Below the pieces are notes generated by a model. It ran no database searches. It was not told the DNA's origin and was given only the letters and a program-made list of their open reading frames with translations. From Waddliaceae bacterium (GTDB lineage Bacteria; Chlamydiota; Chlamydiia; Chlamydiales; SLOH01), in assembly GCA_040880105.1 (NCBI GenBank), contig JBBDJA010000012.1, positions 12,799 to 28,529 on the forward strand: 15,731 nt of DNA. Reading direction: 5' to 3'. The translations under genes were made by a program, and so were the position numbers. Shown piece by piece: positions 1 to 6,758 of the stretch. How positions within the stretch are numbered: the stretch's first letter is position 1; every line of letters starts with the position of its first letter.

Positions 1-130
1 GAGCTGCCTTTTTGCTTGCAGCAGCAACTTTTTTCTTAGGAGCTGCTTTTTTCTTAGGAGCTGCTTTCTTTTTAGGAGCTGCCTTTTTGCTTGCAGCAGC
101 AACTTTTTTCTTAGGAGCTGCTTTTTTCTT
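1..130. repeat. Coding tandem repeat in the Hc1 tail (75-bp period built from 18-bp KKKAAP units)
   Basis: Positions 1-55 are identical to 76-130. The sub-unit ttaggagctgc-T-tract recurs several times. One period encodes KKAAPKKKVAAASKKAAPKKKAAPK. Confidence 0.95.
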
Positions 131-331
131 GCTTTTAGCTTGTTTTGCAAGCTGCTCAATTCCCTTGATTGATTCTTTGCGGAATTGTTTAGCAATTTTT
201 TCAAATTTAATAGAAGCTGTACGTACGCGCTGAGCTGCAGCTCTGTTTCCTGCTTCTACTTTTTCAGAAAGATCTTCTTTAATTTGATTCAGAAGACTTT
301 TCATGTGGTTTATTGTCTGTTGTAAAGTCAT
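1..331 (-). CDS. hctA: Histone H1-like nucleoid protein Hc1 (3' end runs off the window)
   Basis: Not in the ORF track. Read manually from ATG at 331: MTLQQTINHMKSLLNQIKEDLSEKVEAGNRAAAQRVRTASIKFEKIAKQFRKESIKG...KKKAAPKKKVAAASKKAAPKKK. The GN(K/R)AAAQRVRTxSIKxEKxAKxxRKES motif is the chlamydial Hc1 signature. It has a Lys/Ala-rich tail and a strong SD (AAAGGAGGA) upstream. Confidence 0.95.
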   Translation of the reverse strand, partial: MTLQQTINHMKSLLNQIKEDLSEKVEAGNRAAAQRVRTASIKFEKIAKQFRKESIKGIEQLAKQAKSKKKAAPKKKVAAASKKAAPKKKAAPKKKAAPKKKVAAASKKAA

Positions 332-340
332 TTGAGGTGT

Positions 341-349
341 TCCTCCTTT
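341..349 (-). promoter_or_regulatory. Shine-Dalgarno sequence of hctA
   Basis: The minus strand reads AAAGGAGGA-acacctcaa-ATG(331). Confidence 0.85.
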
Positions 350-485
350 AAAAAAATTAGGTTACAATTCTCTGTGTATTAACTTTGGGAAATATTGTGC
401 AACATTTTTTTTAAAAAAAAGAATTTTTTTATCTAGTGATGCACTTTTTTTTTCAAGTCAAAACCATTTAAAGTCCCTTTTAAAG

Positions 486-514
486 TAGAATAACGGGAAA
501 AAAACAGTTATACT
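486..514 (+). promoter_or_regulatory. Putative sigma66/sigma70-type promoter of the TPR gene
   Basis: TAGAAT(486-491)-N17-TATACT(509-514), followed 6 nt later by ATG 521. No SD present. Confidence 0.5.
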
Positions 515-520
515 GATCTC

Positions 521-1474
521 ATGTTTTTTTTCTGCATTTTTTTTGCATTTTTTGCAAATTTGGACGCATTTGACGACGATGAATCTTTTTTTTCTCGTTA
601 CACAGTAAGGGAATATCTGCTTTCTGAACCGGCGGCAGCTTCCCATCTAAGGCAAATCTTCCATAAATTTCCAAACTCTAAGCGATGCATTGACGCACAT
701 TTAATTTTTGCTTTGAGAGCAAAAAGAGAAGCGCATACTCTTTTTGATCCGGCTGCACGTGAAGAAAAGTTAAAAGAGGCGATATTTGATTTTGAAACTG
801 CATTCGACTTTTATGATGAACGTCAATTTTTAGATTACGAGAATTTAATTGCGCATGCCAAGTTAGAGCATGCAAAGTCGTTTTTGGAAATTGCTCAAGA
901 ATCAAGTCCGATTAAAAAAAGCATCTATTTTGAAAGTGGAATGGAGTTTTTAAGACGTCTCTATACGGAAAGCCAGCTACCTGAAGCTGTGATGCATCAG
1001 GTACTCTATCTACTCCCGTATCATTTGGTTAATGAAGGAAAAATTGATGAGGCTGAAAAAATCCTTACCGCTGCCGCTTTGAAACAAGAAGGAAAAGAGC
1101 TTGCAAAAAGTTGTTTCTTGCTGGGTCAAATTGCCTTGGAAAAAAAGCGCCCGAATGAAGCGCTTACGTACTATGCTTTGGCACAATCTCATGGGAAAGG
1201 GGAGTTAAGTCCCTCAGAGCAATTGAAACTTTGGATCTCACAATCTAAAGCTGAATATCAAATCGGCAATGTGCGCGCAGCTATGCGTCTTTTAAGCCAA
1301 GTTGTGAATTGTCCAACGGCATCCAGTCTACGCATTGAGGCGATGTTCATGCGTGCGGAAATCTATCGATTCCAAGGAAGGGTTGATCTTGCAAAAAGTC
1401 AATTGGAGTCAATTGTGAGAATTGGTGGAAAATCTGCTAAACGAGCAGCACAGCTTATTGATAATATCGATTGA
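521..1474 (+). CDS. Tetratricopeptide-repeat (TPR) protein with a probable signal peptide
   Basis: 317 aa. Hydrophobic N-terminus MFFFCIFFAFFANLDA. TPR-like helical pairs such as CFLLGQIALEKKRPNEALTYY, EYQIGNVRAAMRLLSQV and AMFMRAEIYRFQGRVDLAKSQLE. Divergent from hctA. Confidence 0.75.
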   Translation: MFFFCIFFAFFANLDAFDDDESFFSRYTVREYLLSEPAAASHLRQIFHKFPNSKRCIDAHLIFALRAKREAHTLFDPAAREEKLKEAIFDFETAFDFYDERQFLDYENLIAHAKLEHAKSFLEIAQESSPIKKSIYFESGMEFLRRLYTESQLPEAVMHQVLYLLPYHLVNEGKIDEAEKILTAAALKQEGKELAKSCFLLGQIALEKKRPNEALTYYALAQSHGKGELSPSEQLKLWISQSKAEYQIGNVRAAMRLLSQVVNCPTASSLRIEAMFMRAEIYRFQGRVDLAKSQLESIVRIGGKSAKRAAQLIDNID

Positions 1475-1532
1475 GAAAAAACTCTCACTCCCTCCATTGT
1501 AGATACAACAAAGAGTAAATAGGGGAATAACT

Positions 1533-2135
1533 ATGCACTGGAACATCATCTTAATTTTGATTGGTTTTTGTTCTCTTATTGCGTTTACGGTTTTTATCGA
1601 ACGGTTGATTGTCTTGCATCGGTCCGAGGTTGATATTGATCGCTTAATTATCGGCCTTCGGTCGGCTGTTATGGAGGGAAACTTTGTGCAATCCATTCAA
1701 ATTTGTGAGAAGGCCGGAGGGGCTGTTGCTCGAATGGTTAAATCCGGTATTGAGAGGCACCACCAAGCAAGAGAGCGAATCGAATCGGCAATGGAAATTT
1801 CTGGTCTTGTTGAAATTGCCCGCTTGGAGAAAAACGCAAAAATTCTTTCCGTCATTGCACATATTTGCCCTTTGATTGGACTTCTTGGAACGGTTGTTGG
1901 TTTTATTGAGGCGTTTTCTGAAATGCGTATGAGTGGACTTGTCGATATTTCCGCCTCACGTATCGGTGCTGCCATGGAGTATGCGCTTGTCACAACGGCA
2001 GCTGGGTTAGTTGTCGCAATTCCCTCTATTTTAGGATATAATTATTTGGTCAGTCGCATCGAAGCTTTTGTTTTGGAAATGCAAACAACTTCTAGCGAGA
2101 TCGTAGACTTATTGATGCATCGAGATGAATTTTAA
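1533..2135 (+). CDS. exbB: MotA/TolQ/ExbB proton-channel family protein
   Basis: Three TM segments. Contains PLIGLLGTVVGFIEAF and ALVTTAAGLVVAIP motifs. SD AGGGGA upstream. Confidence 0.92.
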   Translation: MHWNIILILIGFCSLIAFTVFIERLIVLHRSEVDIDRLIIGLRSAVMEGNFVQSIQICEKAGGAVARMVKSGIERHHQARERIESAMEISGLVEIARLEKNAKILSVIAHICPLIGLLGTVVGFIEAFSEMRMSGLVDISASRIGAAMEYALVTTAAGLVVAIPSILGYNYLVSRIEAFVLEMQTTSSEIVDLLMHRDEF

Positions 2136-2541
2136 AACAAAGCTAAAATCCACAAGTGCCTTTGTCGATTTAACCCCTCTTGTCGATGTGGTTTTCCTTC
2201 TTCTTATCTTTTTTTTAATCACATCAGACATCCTCCCATTAAAATCTCTCAATATTGAAACTCCATCTTTGAACGTAAATTCCACACCTCTCACCACTCA
2301 ACTTGTTGTGGTGCTTGACTTGCAACATGTGATTTACGTCGGATCAAAAAAAGCGATAGTCGACTTAGCCTCCTTAGAAAGCTATTTACGTAAAGAGATC
2401 AAAAAAATCGAAGATGGGGAGGCAACCCTGGTTCTAAGTGTCGACAGAAGAGTAGAGTATGGAGAATTTCTTAAGGTCTTTTCGATCTGTCAACAAGTCT
2501 CAAGGCGATTAAGGTTGGTGTATCAGAATGTTGACGATTAA
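2125..2541 (+). CDS. exbD: ExbD/TolR biopolymer transport family protein
   Basis: VDLTPLVDVVFLLLIFFLITS TM with the essential Asp, plus a C-terminal LSVDRRVEYGEFLKVF motif. Overlaps exbB by 11 bp. Confidence 0.92.
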   Translation: MNFKTKLKSTSAFVDLTPLVDVVFLLLIFFLITSDILPLKSLNIETPSLNVNSTPLTTQLVVVLDLQHVIYVGSKKAIVDLASLESYLRKEIKKIEDGEATLVLSVDRRVEYGEFLKVFSICQQVSRRLRLVYQNVDD

Positions 2542-2797
2542 GGGGGGAAATCGACTCGCAATTCAAAAATTGAAGTTGCAAGAGCAACGGCCCATTGTAA
2601 CAGCGTTTGGGATTGCATTTTTATTTCATTTTCTCATGATCACTCTTTTTCAGATTCAAACAATTCAGCCCGGGGATGTGGAAAGTGTTTTTGTTCCATC
2701 GTGGATTGAGCAAGCCGAATACCCGGAAATGGGGGTGGGTCATGAAGAAGAAATCGATCCTTTATTTGGCTTTCCTTTCAATGAGGGGCACGGGTGA
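2528..2797 (+). CDS. Small single-pass membrane protein with a TonB/TolA-like anchor helix and no C-terminal domain
   Basis: 89 aa. Basic N-terminus, TM IVTAFGIAFLFHFLMITLF with an intramembrane His34 (A-x3-H), and a short acidic tail. Overlaps exbD by 14 bp and the next gene by GTGA. Confidence 0.65.
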   Translation: MLTIKGGNRLAIQKLKLQEQRPIVTAFGIAFLFHFLMITLFQIQTIQPGDVESVFVPSWIEQAEYPEMGVGHEEEIDPLFGFPFNEGHG

Positions 2798-3015
2798 GTA
2801 TATTTTACACAACGGCTAGTTTTTTATACTTGTCATTGACATTCGGAAGTGTCATTTGTTTGTGGATCTGGCATCACCTAAAGGTTCGGAGGCGCAAAAC
2901 TTTTACTGCCAAAAAGTCTACAGTGTGTGAATATTGCCATTTTCTGTATCTGATAGAGAAAGAAAAAGTCGTGAGCTGTTGTCCAAGATGCAGCTCCTAC
3001 AACTCAAGGGGATAA
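2794..3015 (+). CDS. Small membrane-anchored zinc-ribbon protein
   Basis: 73 aa. GTG start with SD GAGGGG (2783-2788). N-terminal TM, basic KVRRRK, then CEYC-x14-CPRC. Its stop overlaps the murJ start (TAATG). Confidence 0.8.
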   Translation: MSIFYTTASFLYLSLTFGSVICLWIWHHLKVRRRKTFTAKKSTVCEYCHFLYLIEKEKVVSCCPRCSSYNSRG

Positions 3016-4541
3016 TGTCTTTATCAATTGCAATTGACCAATCTGTTCGCGGGTTTTTTTCCGGCACACTCATCAGTCGTTTGACCGGCGTGGTACGCGA
3101 TATCAGTATGGCGGCGTTTTTTGGTGCGGACCCCTCTGTAGCAGCCCTTTTTATCGCTCTTAGACTTACGAGTTTTGTTCGTCGTCTTCTAGGTGAAGGG
3201 GGGATGCAAACCGCTTTTGTCCCTCAATTTGAGCAGATCAAAGCAAAGTCAAAAGAAGAAGCTGCATATTTTTTCCGCGATCTCATGCTTTTTCTCGCTC
3301 TGCTTCTTGGGCCGCTTGTGATCTTAACAACATTGATTTTTTCCTATTTTTCAACATCAGAGGTCATGCATTTGACCGGTGTTTTATTTCCCGGAATACT
3401 CTTTTTAACCCTATATGCCTTAAATTCTTCATTTTTGCTCTGCTGCTATTCGACCTTGTCGGCAAGTCTTGCCCCAATGATGCTAAATATCATCTGGATT
3501 ATTGCCATTTTTTCTTTTAGAGAAGAACCGGTAGAGGTGGCGATTGTTAAAATTGCCTGGATGCTTGTCTTTGGGTATTTGTGTCAGTGGTTGTTTACAC
3601 TGCCGAAAACAGTGACTTCTTACCGCAATCTTACAAGTCATTTTGTGAAAAATATTCAACTTTTTTCCAGACAAAACCGTCGGTTATTCTCTTCTCTTAT
3701 TCTATCTTTAATTGGAGTGGGAGCCACACAAGTCAATAGCTTGGTCGATGTCTTTTTCGCAAGGATTGCAGATCCAAGCGGACCTGTCTATTTGTTTTAT
3801 GCTCTTCGGATTGAACAATTACCGTTTGCTCTTTTTGGCCTAGCATCTGTGAATGCGGTCTTCCCTTCCCTTTCTGCTGCTGTTCATGCAAAAAGATGGG
3901 GTGAATTGAATGAAGTATTGCAAAAATGCATGCAACGACTATTTGCGCTTCTCATCCCTTGCACAATTGCCCTTTTGGTTCTTGGAGAAGATGTCATTCA
4001 GCTTCTCTTTTGCCACGTGAACTTTACTCTTGCCGATGGCTTTGTGACAACAAAAGCGCTATTTGCGTATGGACTTAGCCTTATTCCCGCAATTTTTGTC
4101 CTTCTATTATCTTCTCTATTCTACGCGCAAAAAAACTACCGGTTACCGGCGCTCATTAGTCTTGCGATGGTAGGAGTTAACGTGTTGCTCAATAGCCTCT
4201 GTGTCTTCGGGTTTGGATTTGGAGCTGTCTCGGTTGCGATAGCAACAGCCATTTCATCTTGGATTAATGCCTCTTTACTGATCGTTTTTCTATTTAAAAA
4301 TATGCCTGAAATAGAAAAAGTGCTACCTAGAGAGGGGGGAAAAGTTCTTTTTTCTTCGGTTTTAGCGGGGATTTTTACTCTCTCTTTTTCAATACCACTT
4401 GGATTACTCTTTTCATTTATGATCAAGTGTCTGCTGTTTACCCTCGTTCTTTTAACATCACTTCGCCTACTTCAAGCAAAAGAATCTGAAAGAATGATCT
4501 TTAACCTCTTTATTCCTGCAAGATATCGTGCGGATATGTGA
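3015..4541 (+). CDS. murJ: Lipid II flippase MurJ (MviN)
   Basis: Polytopic membrane protein with LISRLTGVVRD..AAFFGA, RRLLGEGGMQTAFVP, YALRIEQLP and FYAQKNYRLP motifs. Start moved from 2934 to ATG 3015, which is coupled to the upstream stop and gives 508 aa. Confidence 0.93.
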   Translation: MSLSIAIDQSVRGFFSGTLISRLTGVVRDISMAAFFGADPSVAALFIALRLTSFVRRLLGEGGMQTAFVPQFEQIKAKSKEEAAYFFRDLMLFLALLLGPLVILTTLIFSYFSTSEVMHLTGVLFPGILFLTLYALNSSFLLCCYSTLSASLAPMMLNIIWIIAIFSFREEPVEVAIVKIAWMLVFGYLCQWLFTLPKTVTSYRNLTSHFVKNIQLFSRQNRRLFSSLILSLIGVGATQVNSLVDVFFARIADPSGPVYLFYALRIEQLPFALFGLASVNAVFPSLSAAVHAKRWGELNEVLQKCMQRLFALLIPCTIALLVLGEDVIQLLFCHVNFTLADGFVTTKALFAYGLSLIPAIFVLLLSSLFYAQKNYRLPALISLAMVGVNVLLNSLCVFGFGFGAVSVAIATAISSWINASLLIVFLFKNMPEIEKVLPREGGKVLFSSVLAGIFTLSFSIPLGLLFSFMIKCLLFTLVLLTSLRLLQAKESERMIFNLFIPARYRADM

Positions 4542-6693
4542 TACCCCCTCGGTTGGGATCTCTATGGACAGATCTTGATCGGATATCTCGTGTCCTGACT
4601 CTATCAGTCCGGACACCCCTCTCATAATCCGGCGGGGTCAGAGTTTCAATCCTTGAAGGGGGTGAAGAGGGTTGCGGAAGCACATATCCTCGCAAACGCG
4701 GCTCTTCAGTCGCTCTTGGTCGTTCAAAATAGGGGGCGATGGATTCAGCACGGTCAATCTGGTAGGTTTCAGATGGCCCGCGACGGTTGCTTGGTAGCAG
4801 AATCTGCCTAGGCTCAGATTGATCTTGGGGTGTTGGGGTGCTAATCGGTCTTGATTGGATCCTTCGTGGCAATTCGCGCCGTTCAGGTTGTCTTGGAGCA
4901 GCCGGCTGGAATTCTCGTGTTGCAGGTTGCCTCGGAGAGGTCGGTTGGAATTGTTGTACTGCAGGTTGTCTTGGAGTAGCCGGCTGGAATTGTCGTATTG
5001 CAGGTTGCCTCGGAGCGGTCGGCTTAAGTTCTGGTGCTGTAGATCTTCTTGGTCTAAGGTGCGGCTTCCTTGGCTCTCTTTCAATTGCAGGGGGCCTTGG
5101 AGTTGCTCGTGTTTCAGGTGTTCTTATCTGACGAGGAACCAAAGTCTCAGCTCTTGATCTAAAGATCGGTCGTCTTGACGGGCTTGGCAGCTCTTGTCTT
5201 CTGGGTTCGGTAATTTGAGGAACTGCTCTTTCTACTCGACCGCGAGGGGTCACTTGCCTTGGGGTAGTAATTTCCGGCACTCTTCTGATGGGTCGCTCTT
5301 GAATAGAGGGGGTTTCTGCTCTTCCTCCTCTTGGACTTAAGATGGGAGGCCTTGACCTTTGTTCCGGGCGGTCTTGGATCGAACGTTCATCCTGTATTTG
5401 CGGGCGTCTGATTCGCGGTTCAGCGGGCCTTAATCGATTGGGTTTAGTTGGCAAGGTTTGAGGATCCGGACGCACTCTTCTGCGAGGAGGTGCCGAAATT
5501 GTTGGTTTTTGCAAGGGTGGAAGTTTGCCTGTAACAGAATCAGGTTCTGATCCTGAAGGAGTTAGAATTTCTCTTGCTCTTTCCGGAGCCGCTTGAGACT
5601 GAATTGCCTCCATGATATTTTGATTGTCCGGAATGATTGGTTTTTGGCTGTTTGTGGTATCAAAAATCGCCTCGCGAATTCGACTAGGCTTAACAACTCC
5701 TTGTGAGGTGATCACCCTTGGCGGCGTGACATTTTGAAATAGATGGATCACTTTTTGATTGGGCGGCGGCAAGTGATTTGCTATTGCTGTATCGATCCAA
5801 AGGGGTTGCGGAAAACCGGGATGTCCCCACCACCACCAAAGTCCCCATTGGTCGTGCCAGGGAAGACCCCACCAACTATTCCAACTCCACCAGGGTGGCG
5901 TGCAGCAGTAGTATTCCCAGAACTCGGGATGGAAGTAATAATGATGTTGATAAAAGCATAGGTAATTCGGATAATTGAAAAAGAGTGACTCTACAATAAT
6001 GTAGGGCGCTAGAATAACTGTCGGCTCAAAAGAGGCGTTTTCTCTTAAGGCGGGTCTGATCCACTGACTTGCGTATGCAACGCCACGCTCCTCAAGTGGC
6101 CAATCCCAAAAGGCGGGCACAAATACATAACCTCCCTCTCTCCATATATAATGGGCAGGTGTGTACACCCAGTTGGGATCGAGCCTTTCAAAGGTTCCTG
6201 AAATCCATTGATAGTTGCTCTCTTCGCGTAAATACTGCCAAAATCCCGGTGCCCAGAAATAGTCCTCTCCAGGAGGACGGGTTGGGATGTTTTCATCGGT
6301 TTGATCGGGAGGAGCCTGATCAAGATACTGAATTTCATTCCCTCCTACCTGGCTCCAGAATCCCGGGATCCAGACTTCACCTTCATCAAATAACTGCCAC
6401 AATCCGGAGATCCACTGGTGTCCGGGAGGGGGTCTGCGCCAAATTCCGCTGATCCATATAAAATCCGCTTCTCTTTCATCAAAATGCCAATAACCCGGGA
6501 TCCATACAGTGTCGCTACTTGGTTGCGCAGGGATCCTCTCTGTTACCGGCGGGGGCGGCTCTTGATCAATCGCCTGAAGCGCAACTGTTTCTTTTACAAT
6601 CGTAACAAATCCTTCATGAATGTATTCCCCCCTATTTTGCGCTTGGAGAGCTATCGTAAAGAGGCTGAAAAAGAGTAAGTAGGGGCGAATCAT
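4510..6693 (-). CDS. Secreted WXXGXW (YXWGXW)-repeat protein with a long Pro/Arg/Gln-rich disordered tail
   Basis: 727 aa. Signal-peptide-like MIRPYLLFFSLFTIALQA. Repeats WIPGYW, WISGIW, WISGLW, WIPGFW, WAPGFW, WISGTF, YTPAHY, FVPAFW. Low-complexity C-terminal half. Confidence 0.85.
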   Translation of the reverse strand: MIRPYLLFFSLFTIALQAQNRGEYIHEGFVTIVKETVALQAIDQEPPPPVTERIPAQPSSDTVWIPGYWHFDEREADFIWISGIWRRPPPGHQWISGLWQLFDEGEVWIPGFWSQVGGNEIQYLDQAPPDQTDENIPTRPPGEDYFWAPGFWQYLREESNYQWISGTFERLDPNWVYTPAHYIWREGGYVFVPAFWDWPLEERGVAYASQWIRPALRENASFEPTVILAPYIIVESLFFNYPNYLCFYQHHYYFHPEFWEYYCCTPPWWSWNSWWGLPWHDQWGLWWWWGHPGFPQPLWIDTAIANHLPPPNQKVIHLFQNVTPPRVITSQGVVKPSRIREAIFDTTNSQKPIIPDNQNIMEAIQSQAAPERAREILTPSGSEPDSVTGKLPPLQKPTISAPPRRRVRPDPQTLPTKPNRLRPAEPRIRRPQIQDERSIQDRPEQRSRPPILSPRGGRAETPSIQERPIRRVPEITTPRQVTPRGRVERAVPQITEPRRQELPSPSRRPIFRSRAETLVPRQIRTPETRATPRPPAIEREPRKPHLRPRRSTAPELKPTAPRQPAIRQFQPATPRQPAVQQFQPTSPRQPATREFQPAAPRQPERRELPRRIQSRPISTPTPQDQSEPRQILLPSNRRGPSETYQIDRAESIAPYFERPRATEEPRLRGYVLPQPSSPPSRIETLTPPDYERGVRTDRVRTRDIRSRSVHRDPNRGGITYPHDILQE
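4867..5022 (-). repeat. 4 x 39-bp coding tandem repeat (PxxPRQPAxxxFQ)
   Basis: caggttg recurs on the + strand at 4884, 4923, 4962 and 5001. Encodes PTAPRQPAIRQFQ / PATPRQPAVQQFQ / PTSPRQPATREFQ / PAAPRQPERRELP. Confidence 0.93.
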
Positions 6694-6758
6694 GGATTAA
6701 CCTAAGTTTATAGATATTTTTAACCTATAGCCTAAGATGGAAAGTTTATGCAAATTTT

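Noticed and set aside
12..233. + strand 73-aa ORF with AAFFLG repeats that looks like a membrane peptide
   Set aside because: It is the antisense shadow of the Lys/Ala repeats of hctA, which has the SD and family motif on the minus strand.
2934..3014. 27-aa N-terminal extension of MurJ in the ORF track
   Set aside because: It overlaps the Zn-ribbon gene. ATG 3015 is coupled to that gene's stop and matches the normal MurJ start.
4867..5022. Regularly spaced repeats as a possible CRISPR array
   Set aside because: The units are contiguous, in frame (39 bp), degenerate at codon level and have no unique spacers. No cas genes are nearby.
4638..5157. Alternative-frame ORFs (148, 97 and 100 aa) over the repeat region
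   Set aside because: They stay open because of the repeat and Pro/Arg codon bias of the 727-aa gene. No independent RBS or motif.
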